DNA of 63,093 bases, counting the filler, from Globobulimina sp. (taxonomy: Eukaryota), in assembly GCA_003354225.1 (NCBI GenBank). It is 25 parts of 25 records of this genome, joined end to end, with 100 filler letters (N's around TTAATTAATTAA, not from the genome) between each part and the next. Parts side by side here need not be neighbours in the genome. Positions count along the whole stretch, not along the records: positions 1 to 2,430 come from PIVH01006721.1; positions 2,531 to 4,960 come from PIVH01006722.1; positions 5,061 to 7,490 come from PIVH01006723.1; positions 7,591 to 10,019 come from PIVH01006724.1; positions 10,120 to 12,548 come from PIVH01006725.1; 20 more parts are not named here. The stretch is one strand, 5' to 3'. The notes beneath the pieces are model-generated. The model was not told the DNA's origin, made no database searches, and worked only from the letters and a program-made list of their open reading frames with translations. Below, piece after piece: positions 1 to 12,648 of the stretch. The position numbers and the translations under genes are program-made. How positions within the stretch are numbered: the first letter of the stretch is position 1; each line of letters starts with the position of its first letter.

Positions 1-10
1 TAAATAATAT

Positions 11-680
11 TTAGGTTATTTGTATTGCATGTAATCCATTTTCAATTTCTTTCACTATTTTATCACTATAATTATTATTTAATTTGTGTGTTTTCACCGA
101 ATGCGAATGGACTTTATGGCTCATTTTCTGTTTTGTTTTGCATTGTTTCCTGTGATATGTAATGAGACATCTTGGAATTCCAACATTACACAGATTACAT
201 TTCATTGGATATCTCAAACATTTTTTATAATGCATTTCAATTTGATAGACAAATAATAAATCTTTACAGCAGTCGCATGAAATAACACTAAGTGGGCAAT
301 GATTTACATGGCTATCTAAATCCGACTGCTTTCCCATCCAATTGCAATAACTAATATTCTCAATTTTATCCATTGCGGTGTTTTCATTCGAATTAAATAT
401 ATCTCCATTTTCAACGGAATTTCTGTTTCTACAGAAAAAAACAGAAATGGATTGCATTATTTTATAGAATATTTATATACCTTTCACGGGAACGTGATCT
501 GCTTCTTGAACGTGCTCGAGATCGACGATGAATAGCTAAACATGATCGAGACCGTCGCTTACAATTATCATATGAGTTGTTTTTGTATTGGATTGATTGC
601 AATAACTTTCTTCTTTTTGGTGTAATCCTATGGTTCGGACATTTTACATTCAATTCAATTCTGTTATGTTCTAAATTCAT
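11..680 (-). CDS. TRAF-type zinc-finger protein with Arg/Ser-rich insert, 2 exons
   Basis: ORFs 462-680 and 11-457 join in frame through GT..AG intron 429-480. Motifs VKCP, CNWMGKQSDLDSHVNHCP and CDCC..H..KC...PMKC..C....H...C match TRAF zinc fingers. Confidence 0.75.
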
Positions 681-778
681 TGTACTAATGATTCGATTGG
701 AAATGACACGATGATGATGTCAAAGAGAATGTTTTTACCTTTTTTAAAGAAATTTTAGTTGAGGCAAAAATTTTCATA

Positions 779-2305
779 ATGGAATCTCATAAACCAGCAC
801 AGCATGCTGCAGCATTTCAAATACAAGTCAGTACCGATCCAATCCATTGGTTAGTAGTGACTGGTATGATGGTAATGGTTATCATTCTTATTTTAATTAA
901 CCGATCATTGGTTGTTTCGTATCGCAAATTTCGTCAAAAAAATCAAGATCATCATTACACTTCGCTAACAGTATTATGCAGTATAATTACAACTATTTCA
1001 TTTGGAGCAGCAGCACTTTTGGTCTTCCTAACCACCGTTTTTGTGGTAATTTCAAACGATTTCTACCATCATACTGTTAATACAAAACCTTTTTTTTTAC
1101 TTTTGTCTGGTTTAAAAACATTAAATAACAAAATTAAATAATATTAGGTTATTGGTGATATTTTGTGCAAACTATCGATTAGTTTTTATACATTATCGCA
1201 AACATTGATGATTTTCATATTTATAAAACGCATTGACACAGCTTTTGGTGGCTCGGCTGTAGAATATCCGAAAATAGTTATTAAATCATTATACTTCGTA
1301 TCGATTGTGTTTGTTATATTTTGTCTCTCCATCGCTGTTTCATTAGCATTTGAACTAATGAATTTTTTTATAGTTTTAATATTTATCTGGATGACATTAT
1401 TCCTATCCCTGTCTATAATGTTATGCATTTTATTCATTCGAAAAGCAAATATATTGTTAGAATTTACTGCCGCCTTATCCGGAAACAATATTGTTGACAA
1501 AGATGTGCTTTATGTTATCGTGAAACAATCCATTTTGGTTCCATTCGCTATATGTACCTCATTCACCTGTTTTTCTATGGTGTTACTAGTTCAATATTTG
1601 AGAGCTTCTTCAGAATGGATACCAGCCGCTGTGTTTTGGATTGCTGTGGATTGCACAGTGAGTTCAGTCGGTATTTTTCTTTTATTTTCCTGGAATAACC
1701 ATATTTATGACAAATACTGCAATGTCTTACATGGCTGCTGTGAAAAAAACAAAATGCATCGCATGGAAGTATCACGATCAGGCTCCAAAAATTCAAAATC
1801 AAATCATTCAAAATCAAATGTGAATGATGCCGTGGAACCAAGTCAACCGACCTATACTATGACTCATACGGTCAAAGCAATGTCTTCAGTGACTCGTACG
1901 GTCAATGACAAGTCGACAGTCACAGATACATCTGGCACTGGTAAACAATTACTAAGTGTCCATGCTGAAAGTCCTGAATACGCAATGCAACCAATAATCC
2001 TTTCTCCGAAACTAACCATGGTCGAATCATTAAAACGGCGCTTAAGTAATAAAAATATTGCTGGTGTTGAGGATGAAGATATGAAAACAAAACCGAAATT
2101 AACAATTGTTGAGTCATTAAAACGGATAGTTGGCAAAGATAAAGATAAAAATAACGATGTGGATGATGAAGTTTCTTTGCATTTAATGGGAGCACATCGT
2201 GTCCCGAAATTACAAAATAATGTTCACTCAGCTCCTGTTCAGCGGTATGGAGGATATGAAGCAAGCAAAAGTAAACATGAATCGTCGCGGAGTTGGCAAA
2301 TTTAA
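779..2305 (+). CDS. Multi-pass (about 7TM, GPCR-like) membrane protein with long hydrophilic C-tail, 2 exons
   Basis: Intron 1076-1147 (GTTAAT..ATTAG) joins ORFs 779 and 1163 in frame. About seven hydrophobic segments, then a Ser/Lys-rich tail with two PKLT(M/I)VESLKR repeats. Confidence 0.7.
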
Positions 2306-2430
2306 GAAATAACGTAAATTATTTTAATGTTGTTGTTGAATTATGTACATTACAGAAAACACTGTTTTTGAAAACATCTGACGAATCAGACTAGTTAGAA
2401 CCATATCATATCAGATTCATATTTATTTTC

Positions 2431-2530
2431 NNNNNNNNNNNNNNNNNNNNNNNNNNNNNNNNNNNNNNNNNNNNTTAATTAATTAANNNNNNNNNNNNNN
2501 NNNNNNNNNNNNNNNNNNNNNNNNNNNNNN
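2431..2530. other. Artificial contig-joining linker (first of 24)
   Basis: 100-nt N-run with a central TTAATTAATTAA (stop in all six frames). The same linker starts at 4961, 7491, 10020, 12549, 15078, 17606, 20134, 22662, 25190, 27718, 30246, 32773, 35300, 37827, 40354, 42881, 45408, 47935, 50462, 52989, 55516, 58042 and 60568. Flanked segments shrink from 2430 to 2426 nt. Confidence 0.99.
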
Positions 2531-2638
2531 CGTTTCTCAGAAACAATAAAAATCTGACGCTGAAAACATGATGCTCTTAATAGAGTGTGAGTAAAAATTA
2601 AACTGATCCGCTGGCTGGCCAGCGGGTACTTCACTTGT
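2531..2638 (+). mobile_element. Possible Helitron-like 3' end / dispersed repeat fragment
   Basis: GC-rich hairpin CCGCTGG-ctgg-CCAGCGG (2608-2625) followed 8 nt later by CTTG-T. A 23-mer at 2545-2567 is identical to 10493-10515 on another contig. Confidence 0.35.
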
Positions 2639-2685
2639 TAATTACAACAACGAAAACAAAAATAAACGAAATATTATAAGTCACC

Positions 2686-2718
2686 ATCAAATCAAATCAA
2701 ATCAAATCAAAACAAAAC
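2686..2718. repeat. (ATCAA)n pentanucleotide microsatellite
   Basis: atcaaatcaaatcaaatcaaatcaaaacaaaac. Confidence 0.8.
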
Positions 2719-2887
2719 ATAGCAAAACAAACCAGCAAACAAAAAAAAGAAACATAAAATAACCAATGAAAGAAGTTAATACAGAAAAAAAAAATCGAAA
2801 CAATGAACATTACATTCCTAAATTCCACATAACGACACAAGAAAAGTCATTGCTTAATTATATTGATAAACGATATAAACAAAAATA

Positions 2888-4960
2888 TTATTGAATGTGT
2901 TTAATTTCTGAATCATGACAATAAATATCATTCAACATTTGCAATATATAGCCATGCAACTCAGTCCTTTGGCTATTCTCCTCATAAAACTGCACCATCC
3001 GAGCGACCATATTGCACTCAGTACACAAATGCTTCAATATCCTGCGCCTGAATATCATCGCCAAATGCACCAATCTCCGAAAATGGCACAAAAACATATT
3101 ATTATACTTATGCACAAAAGCCATATCCAACACCGCCGCCCAAAACGAAATGGGAATTTGCTTCAACACCAACGCACAATTCATTTCATGGAAATCTATA
3201 GTCACAGTCAACAACTCCAAGGCGTTCAATTTTAAGCGCCCCAACGGCGACGCAATGCTGCCGTACGATAATATTATCTCTCTGCTCTCCTCGCTGTGCT
3301 CCTCGGCAATGATCATCATACACAAGTCATCGATGTAATGTATGAGCCGCGCCAAGCAATACTTAAAAGAGGCATAGAATATGTTCTCTTTGTACGCATT
3401 CTGCGCTTGCATGAATCCAAAGGGCGTGCTCGCCACCGATGGGTCCATGATCGTAGGACGCGAAGCTAAGTCTAAATATTCCACCAAACTCTGTCCGCAA
3501 CGGATCCTCTGCCAGAAATTCAAGCCTTTCTTGCCTAACAAGCCAGACACAAACGAGTCGATAATCAAATCCTGACACCCTTCAAATAGACATTTGGTGC
3601 TCTCGATACTGGCACAGCGCGCCACCAAATCGACGAAAAACACGCTGTATTTTGTGCTCACGTCATCGCAGTGCTGGTTCAAGGCGCGAACCATGACATT
3701 CTCCACAAACTTCCACTTCTCACAAAGCACATTCTGCAACAAAATGTCCTTATACTCACTGCACTCTTTGCTCATCACACACTTTTCCGCAAAGGACTCG
3801 ATGTCGTCTCTCTGCTGAATCGATTCCGGCGAGAAACAGATCAGATCCATCACGAATGAGTTTAAATTGCCGTGATGGATATTGTTAAACACCGCGTACT
3901 TTAATAGAGCTTGTATGATATGGTTATCCTCCACCAAATACTTGAAAAAATCGCGTGGGAAATGATTCAGCAACACCTCCAATATCACGCGGCCATGGTA
4001 CACGTTCCCGGCGCTCAACGGATGGAACACGCACAGAGCATGCACTGTAATCTCGTAAATACAGTCCGAAATAAAGGATTTTATCCAATCGCTGCCATGT
4101 TCGTTGGTCAACAAACGCATTAAGTTATAACTTATCTGCGTCGCACAGATAAAGCCATGCTGTGCGTGTTGGTCCATATCCATTCCATCCATATTCATCT
4201 CGGCATCGGCGGGGTTGTCATACAACGCGTCCACATCATCGCCGCTGTTGATATTACTATTCATACTCTCCAAGCTATGATAATTTATTTTGCCATTCAC
4301 AATGTCCATATAATTGGAGTCAATATCAGTGGGCCAAAACTCTGTGGTGTCCTTAATCAGCGATAAATCATTGTAATCCACCTCGTAATCCAACAACTTA
4401 TTGATCCATTTCATCTCTTCATCGTCGTAATTGATGACTGTGTCGCACTTAATCTGCGAGATGCGACTCATCAATAAATGCGTATTGTGCTTATGGCTGA
4501 AAAACAGCATCTCTTCGTTGCCAAACTTCCAGTTATATTCGGGGTTGTTGTTACTTAAATATCTGTCGATATCGATGTTAAATTCATGCTCATTCTGTCC
4601 GCTGTCGTTGCTCAAGGCGTCCTTGCGGGGAAAGTCATAGATTTCAATGTCATTGTCGCCTTCGTACGTCTCTGTACTGCTGGAATATTCCTCCGCGGCG
4701 TCCACGCCGTCCACCATATCATTGCGGATATCCCCGTTCATATTCATATGTATGTCATCGTCGTCGCTGTGGACGACGTCCTATGGCGCTCATATCAAAG
4801 CCCATATTCTCTTCGTCGCCCGTCCCGAAAGTGCCTGCACTGCGATCTTTGCGACGTTGGCCGCGGATTTTGCGTCGTCGCTCGCGTACTGCCGCGATGT
4901 TGTTAGGTATATCGTCATCGTTGTCGTTGTCGTCGTTGTCGTCGTTGTCATCGTCGACGT
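2888..4960 (-). CDS. SAPS / PP6 regulatory subunit-like protein, 5' partial, with an apparent 1-nt frameshift near 4781
   Basis: 619-aa ORF with PLGRLKLNALELL, LDMAFVHKYNNMFL and LHGYILQMLNDI, resembling SIT4-associated protein motifs. Acidic coding-like sequence continues to the contig edge in a different frame. Confidence 0.6.
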
Positions 4961-5060
4961 NNNNNNNNNNNNNNNNNNNNNNNNNNNNNNNNNNNNNNNN
5001 NNNNTTAATTAATTAANNNNNNNNNNNNNNNNNNNNNNNNNNNNNNNNNNNNNNNNNNNN

Positions 5061-6021
5061 CAAAACTGGTTAACTGAGTGGCAGACTCGCTGAAAAATTG
5101 GCGAATTACGTCCTTGTTGTCTTCCAACACTTTTTTTTCAGACTCAGTGGCTGTTTTCGGTGGGTCAGAGATTAAATAATCGATGGTCTCATCGTAGGAT
5201 TTGCTGCCTATTAACTCGTGTAGTTTTTGCTTGTTTTTGTTGTTTGAATTTACGACCCAACCATGGAATATTTTAAATCCATAATGACTGAACATTCGAT
5301 AACCGGGATTTTCTTCGAAGTCGCAAGCATCGCTGAATTTGATATTTATGTCTAAGCCTTCCTCCAATTTCGGGAATAAAGAGACACATTCTTCAATTTG
5401 GCGGATTTTCAAATCCATTTCCTTCTCTTTTGCTGTCTCAGTGTCTGTGTCAATGGCACTCTGTGTTTGTGTCTGTGTTTGTTTTTGTTTCTGCTCTGTG
5501 TCATTGTTGTTGGTGTTGTTAATCAATGTATTTTCCTTGTCTTTGCACTCAATTTTATTAACATTTTCTGTTTTGTTGTTAACGATATTGTTGATATCAT
5601 CGTCATCGTCGTCATCTATGTCGATGCTTATGTCGATATCACTGAGATTGCTATTATCCAAAGTACTATGTTTGTCCACTCTGAGTTCGGTTTTTACCAA
5701 TTTCCCATCCACATTGCTTTCATTTAGCATGTTTTCAAGATGTTGCGTGAGGCAATCTGTTAATTCTTGGAATTTGATGCGTCGGCCTCCTTTGTTATAC
5801 TGGATTTGGTGATTTAGGAATAAAGTGTTGCACAACGCAAGCAATGGACACGCGCCTCCTACATTTTGTTGAATACGGTGGGTTCGCTTATTCTGTTGGG
5901 TGTTATGCATTTTTTAATTATTTGTTTTTTCTCTTTTTTTGTGAGGTTTATACTGGTACTTAACGAGGTAGTAAATTCCCTGGATTTTGTACCCTTGGAG
6001 TTGAAGATCATTGCTAGTCAT
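5061..6021 (-). CDS. MINDY-1/2 (FAM63) family deubiquitinase, 3' partial
   Basis: QQNVGGACPLLALCNTL (catalytic Cys motif), GLDINIKF..FE, HGWVV and QLT. Predicted intron 5893-5964 links an upstream exon MTSNDLQLQGYKIQGIYYL. Confidence 0.88.
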
Positions 6022-6151
6022 TGGTTCGAATTCGGTGTCTTTGCGACATGCAACAAAGTTTGTGTAAAAACCAACTAGAAAAAACTCATTTATGTCATGC
6101 ATACGTAAGTAAAACATGTCATCATATTTTTAGATAATAAGTGGCGGCATT

Positions 6152-7490
6152 ATGAAGATTGCATATAATTTGTTATCGTATTCGTTATCTGCAATCTGCG
6201 GGTTTTTAAATCTTGTTATTTTAATCATATCATTTAGCTTTCCTCAACAAAGTGAACAAACGTATTGCATCATATCATTCGTCATTCATTTTTTCGGCAT
6301 GATGGCTGTTCCTTTCATAATCTATCAAAGATGTCGAAGTCAGCAAATAATCCGCAAATATTTGATCAGAAATCCATACGTATCGAGTTTAACCCATTGG
6401 AGGTATAATAAAAAAATCGAGCATTTTGGGCTGATAATGTATGATTTACTATTCACAGCACCTCATTTATTATTACAAGCAAGTTGTTTAAAATTTGAGT
6501 TTGGTTTTTTATATATTCCCATAACCATTGCAACATTGTCATTGGCGACCAAATCTGTATTATTTGCCTTTGGCTGTCATACATTGACATTTATCTTTAT
6601 TTGTTTATGTTTCTCGACGGATATTTTAGGCTTTGTGTCGAGTCTCAGTTTTATTGACTTTTCCAATATTAATGGCTCAGCCTCACCTCTGACAACGTTG
6701 TGGTTTTATAAATTATTAATTGGCACTTTGCCAATGACATTTGTTGGTTGTTTTATGCTTTGCGTAGGAATCGCGTCGCAAATGTATGCCATCATAAAAG
6801 TAGCGCTAAGCTCGAAATGTGTAGCTTTGATAGCTGCCATTATTGTATTTCTTGTTTCATTACTTATATCAATGTGTATTATTGGCATTGGATTGGAATT
6901 AGGCGCTTTGTCGTATGTTGCGTTGATATTTCATATTTATAATTATTCGCGTTTCGCAGAAACACATTCGAAATTATGGACAGAATTAATCGAATGGATC
7001 GCCTGTGTACCAAATTGCATTGTAGACACTAATTATAATCGAATGGGCAATGTTTATATGAATCGACGCTTGGATACATATGAAAGGATGCAATTTCAAT
7101 CAGTCAGTCACAAAATTGTTTGTAGAGTAAATATTGCAAATTATGTATGTGCAAAATACACCGCAGGTTATGCAGTGTGCGAGGCTGCCGATAAAATGAT
7201 GAATGAGTATAATAATGATGATGATGCACGTGCATATGATCCATTTTACGCATGCAATTCTTTCGAGGCAATCCGAGGGAAAGCACGCAATGATTCTAAA
7301 TTTGATGTGTATGATGTAAATTTGTTGTGGAGAATGCGAAATTTATATTTTACAACATTTGAAGAAGGATTCAAAGTGGCGGAGGCTACGCTGTATTCAC
7401 AGAATAAGTTTGAGAAATATTGTGTTGGATATCCATTTATGGGCTGTACTGTATTTGCCTTATTTGTAACGGTGCCATTGTATCTTTTAT
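6152..7490 (+). CDS. Multi-pass membrane protein of unknown function, 3' partial
   Basis: Long ORF with many hydrophobic segments; no family recognised. Confidence 0.65.
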
Positions 7491-7590
7491 NNNNNNNNNN
7501 NNNNNNNNNNNNNNNNNNNNNNNNNNNNNNNNNNTTAATTAATTAANNNNNNNNNNNNNNNNNNNNNNNNNNNNNNNNNNNNNNNNNNNN

Positions 7591-8227
7591 TATTTGTGCG
7601 TATCTGGTGTTGGCTGCCTCTGTCTTTCAAAGATAAACAAAGTTTGTACTGTGTGCCATGGAAAAGTAATTCAATATTCACAAGTTCCTCCTGTATGACT
7701 TCTTTAATCCGTTTCGGAAGCGATCCCTTTAACATAATTCGGAATGCTTGGACAGTAAACATGGCGCCAACACTTGTACTATTTTGGTGCGACTTGATTT
7801 TTATAGTATTCTCGGTGCGGCCATGTGTGAACTCTGCAGCTTCATAAATGCATTCTGTATCTGGGAATTTTATAACAATTTTGACGTTGTGATATACTAT
7901 CTCTCCGGTCACCGCATACAAGGAGTCACGGAATCGAATGACGAAATTTGTTGTGTCTGCTCTGTTGATGTCAACGATTTGAACGGTTAAATCATCCGCA
8001 GTGAGTTCCAAAGCATTGTTAATAACATTGACATCCAAGTTATTTGGTATCACCTTAACATGTGAGGGAGAGAGGAATGTAACTTTGTAGGAATCTTTCC
8101 CTATTTCTTCATCATCCAACTCGAATGTCTCTTGCTCGAATATGTTTTTCATCACTGGCAGTATGTCGAGTTGTATTGGGAATGCAGAACGAATTAACAT
8201 TGCAGTAAATAATAAAATGAACATCAC
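7591..8227 (-). CDS. Secreted protein of unknown function, 3' partial
   Basis: N-terminal signal-peptide-like MFILLFTAMLIRSAF; open to the contig edge. Confidence 0.55.
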
Positions 8228-8627
8228 AGACAGGTAATTGCTACGTTTCAGTGAATTTTAGGCGGAGATTCCGTATATCGCCGACAATTTCGAAATAATC
8301 ATAATCCCATTTTGAACAGCTGCAATTGACACTGATAACGCTTGGACGATGTTTTGAGTATCTATACGTAAATGGGTACAGAAACGTTGCTGATATTTAT
8401 TTGTTGTCGGAGATATTGTTGAAGTACGCACTAGAAATCACTGGAAAATTCGTTTGCTAACAATCTTGCAAAATTTAGAGTAAATTCATTAAAGCATTGT
8501 GTTTTGTTAATTTTATTCATCGTCATAGTTTAGAGCATCGGTGACAATTACAATCAAATTATGGGCAATGATATAGTGCAATTACTGCATTTATAATGTT
8601 AGTTTTTGGTTTGCTGTGCATTAATCA

Positions 8628-9955
8628 CTACGTGTAATCAATTGATTTTCCATATGTTTCTTTCACCATCAATGTACAAATCATATTGATAACGATAACA
8701 ATGGGAATAACACTAAAACCGTAATTATAATCACTCACATTATATTTTCTATTCTTATTATTCTCATTATATTCACCATTTCTATTCTCCCAATTAATAT
8801 CCATCAATATACCAATCAACCATTGCATAATAAAGCCAGCAGAAATTGATACTGTATTTATCAAACCAGAGGCAATATCACTACAATGATAGTAATCATT
8901 ATATTCCCGCACCATCACAAAAGTAATCGAAAATGCACCAATTCCAAACCCGCTCAATATATTACACAGCACAATAATGCTTAAATGCGTATCATTGTCA
9001 CCATAAACAATATATACGCTTGCTGACAAACAAAAACTTGTACTCACCACAAATATCTTTCTTCTTTTATATTTCGACGATAATTTACCAATTACAACTA
9101 AACCAAAAGCATACGAGATCCAAAATGTAGCAGAGATCAAAGTGGATTGTTGTCTGCTTATATCGTATTTTAATATCATATATGCGATTAACCACAATCC
9201 ATTAAATGAATACAGCACAGTGGTCAAACAAAAGGAGTGTACACTGATTAACCAATTCCATTTGTTGCTGAATGTTAACTTAATTTTTTTCATCACATTA
9301 TTAGGCTGTGTGTCGACGTCATGTTTCTGATGTTTCTTTCGCACTGCACACAAAACATGAAACATTCGATATTTTGTCTGCGATGAAAATTTTAATAAGG
9401 GTACTTTTTCTTGTTTGGTATCATCAAAGCAGTCCATTTCGAAGCTCTCTCTGTTATCACTAATAATGAGTAAAAAATAAAGCACGACAGTTGTAGTTAA
9501 CGACAATATGGCTAACAACCAATAAATGGGTCTCCATATTTTATAGTTCTGATACAAATATGCTTGCGCTAAATTGCCAGAAACTAATATCAATGCGTTT
9601 AATGCAAACATTACTCCTGAATACAGCGCCAAATAATTATTATCAAATCTTGTAGCGACTAATGATGAAAAACATAAAAAAAGAGGTGCTGCCAAAACAC
9701 CTCCCAATAGCATGAGTATTGAGGGCAGAACAATGGCACTTGACTCGATTAAGCCAAATAATCCACATATTATACTGAAGAAAAATGATGATATTAATAT
9801 TATAAATTCAGCATTTGCATATTCCAGAGCTAAACCAACAGGTAGCTGTAATATAAAATAACTCAACCAAAACAATGATGACATTAAACCAATTTCAGAG
9901 GATGTTGCATTAAATTCTTCTTCCAATACATCTATGATAGGCGCAATCGATGCAC
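8628..9955 (-). CDS. MFS transporter, 5' partial
   Basis: About 11 TM segments; EIGLMSSLFWLSYFILQLPVG, IGKLSSKYKRRK (motif A-like) and ASGLINTV..AGFIMQWLIG. Confidence 0.85.
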
Positions 9956-10473
9956 CGTGTGTATATGGTGTGCAAAATGTACACCATGCCAGTGATCATC
10001 ATCGTGACGTGACGTGACGNNNNNNNNNNNNNNNNNNNNNNNNNNNNNNNNNNNNNNNNNNNNTTAATTAATTAANNNNNNNNNNNNNNNNNNNNNNNNN
10101 NNNNNNNNNNNNNNNNNNNTGATGGTTTTTGATCGCGATGATTCATTTCTGAAATGTGCTGTGATTGTGGTTGGTTTTGATGTGGTCCACGCGGTTTCAT
10201 TTTTTTTGAATCTACGTAGGCTTTTTTTTAACATTAAAATTTCATTTATGGTTGAATCTGTTTTTTCGTGTTTTTTGTCTGGTTCCTATGAATTATAACT
10301 TGGTTTAGTAAATGTTATTGGTAATATCGAGCAATATATAACCTGGTTGACTGCAAGTTGTTGGTTTTCAACTGATTCCATAATCAAACTATACTTATAC
10401 TTAGTACCATAGTTATGGTTTTTGATGAGACGTTTTGAGTTTGTCACTTTTGATGAGAAGTTTTCGAGCATCA

Positions 10474-10516
10474 GGTTTTCAACGTCATATTGAATAAAAA
10501 TCTGACGCTGAAAACC
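10474..10516. repeat. Imperfect 18-bp inverted repeat sharing a 23-mer with contig 2
   Basis: GGTTTTCAACGTCATATT ... AATCTGACGCTGAAAACC, two mismatches. Confidence 0.6.
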
Positions 10517-10762
10517 GTATGTATACAAAACTATAATACAAAAACATAAAAACAATGTAATTGTTTGAAGAGGTTCAATCCGCACAAGAAATATATATCT
10601 TAGATTAAATTTAATTTATGTATGTAAAAAGAGCAAACAAAATGGATATAAGTTGTAAATATAATTAATATATATATCACAATAAAAAACATTTCATGTT
10701 AGTTATTGCAAAAAGGACACTAAAGTGGGGGGAAATATATAACACTAAAGTGGAGGGTATAA

Positions 10763-11362
10763 TTAAACAATCTCAAAAAGCTCAGAGTCCTCATCGCTAA
10801 ATAACCCACCATCTGCTAATGGTGACGTGGACGCAGATAATGAGTAAAATGAGGAATATGAGTCACACGATGAGACCGATAGCGACCATAAAGGAATATG
10901 GTTTGTTGTAATTGCTGGGGATGATATGGATGACCAAGTTGGCGAAATAAGTGATGGGCGAACCGGTGAGGACAATGTTGGAGAGGTTATTGGTTCATTT
11001 TTTTTTTTACGTTTTTTCTTCTTTGTTGTCTTTTTCTTTTTCTTATAGGTATGTATGCTTTGGATAGGTTTAGTCCGTCTATGTCTGGGAACTTTTGCTT
11101 TTCGTGAATTCGAAGATGATGGGCGTGATAATTTTGGTTCTAACCAATCAGTATCATCAGCTACATATTTATAGTCAATGGGTGCCCATTTCTCGTTGGG
11201 ATCAATGAAGCGCTTCACATTATTCTTAATTGGATGTAAAGCAGAAATAATTGAAGCATCACTCAATGTCGATTCTATTGAATCACGCGGAGATATCAAT
11301 GCAGAACAATTCATCATTGATAACAATTCAACAGCATCGCCAGAGACATTACATAGGTGCAT
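10763..11362 (-). CDS. Hypothetical protein, tandem paralog A
   Basis: Shares ISAL.PI.N.VKRFID...EKW.PIDY.Y..DDT.WL.PKL, a poly-Lys tract and C-terminal LSAS.SP.A.GGLFSD with 11683-12171. Confidence 0.75.
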   Translation of the reverse strand: MHLCNVSGDAVELLSMMNCSALISPRDSIESTLSDASIISALHPIKNNVKRFIDPNEKWAPIDYKYVADDTDWLEPKLSRPSSSNSRKAKVPRHRRTKPIQSIHTYKKKKKTTKKKKRKKKNEPITSPTLSSPVRPSLISPTWSSISSPAITTNHIPLWSLSVSSCDSYSSFYSLSASTSPLADGGLFSDEDSELFEIV

Positions 11363-11682
11363 GTTGACGAAAAGTTTTTTTTAATATCCGGTTCAGACTT
11401 CCTGAGTTGCGAATTGAAGCGTCGTATACAGATATTCTGAAATTCCATAACTTGGATATTCACGAAAAGTATATCTGCTATACAAATTAGATACGAATTT
11501 TACGAAAAGTAGATATTGCTATAATGAACACTGTTGGTTCATAAAATGAGGTAAATTTAATATTAACATTCTAAACGTATATATAACACACACTCATTAG
11601 AAAGAAGAGGAAATAGAATATAATGTAAAAATATAGAAGGATAGAAAATAAATTTACAACAATCGTAAAAATAAAATATTGT

Positions 11683-12171
11683 TCAGTCAATGCTGAATAT
11701 GAGATCGCCATCGTCATCGCTGAATAGTCCACCAGTGGCAAACGGTGACATTGAGGCAGATAAGGATGAATATGATGAATATGAACATGTCTTTGTTAAA
11801 TGCGGTTTTATGGGTGGCAATGGTAAGGAACAAGTGCTTAAATGCGGTTTTTTGCCATTCTTTTTTCTCTTTTTTTTGGCAGAAGTTTTGACAGATTTAA
11901 AGGACATTTTTCGTTGATTTTGTTGTGAGAGTTTAGGTGGATGTAACAATTTTGGTTTCAACCAATGCGTATCATCAGGTTCGTAGTCATAGTCAATTGG
12001 TGTCCATTTTTCTGCTTTCAAATCAATGAACCGTTTTACACCATTTTGTATTGGCATCAAAGCACTAATAACTGTGGCATCGTCAAGTGTTGTAGGTGTT
12101 GAATCTTTACGCGTTAAATCAGGGGTATAAATACACTCTGACAATAATCCATTATCGGAATCTACAGACAT
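11683..12171 (-). CDS. Hypothetical protein, tandem paralog B
   Basis: Same conserved blocks as 10763-11362. Confidence 0.75.
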   Translation of the reverse strand: MSVDSDNGLLSECIYTPDLTRKDSTPTTLDDATVISALMPIQNGVKRFIDLKAEKWTPIDYDYEPDDTHWLKPKLLHPPKLSQQNQRKMSFKSVKTSAKKKRKKNGKKPHLSTCSLPLPPIKPHLTKTCSYSSYSSLSASMSPFATGGLFSDDDGDLIFSID

Positions 12172-12648
12172 GTGGGAATGGGGATAACTAAAGTTTTAAT
12201 TCAAGCAGTTTTCAAAAACGTTTTGTATGGCACTAATTTTATACAAATAAATCCGAGTGTGAAAAGAAAGAGAACGAACATAATATACACTACATGCAAC
12301 TAGTTGGTAGTAATTATTATTTGGTCATATTGTTGTGCGGCATCAGTGGCTGTAATAGTTCTTCTTAATTGGACAGTTAATGTTTGTTCAGTACATTCTT
12401 CATCGATGGTCTCTAACAATTTCATATTGTTACCAATGTCAACCTCTCCAACAACAATATCATCCATACATAAACATGCATAAACACAGCAAACTGAAAA
12501 CACGGAATCTGAGGAATTTCTGCAAGTTTCAAAGCTCCATACAACTATNNNNNNNNNNNNNNNNNNNNNNNNNNNNNNNNNNNNNNNNNNNNTTAATTAA
12601 TTAANNNNNNNNNNNNNNNNNNNNNNNNNNNNNNNNNNNNNNNNNNNN

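Noticed and set aside
2377-2396. TCTGA-cgaa-TCAGA hairpin followed by CTAGT as a Helitron end
   Set aside because: The stem is only 5 bp and abuts CTAG directly; too weak without other copies.
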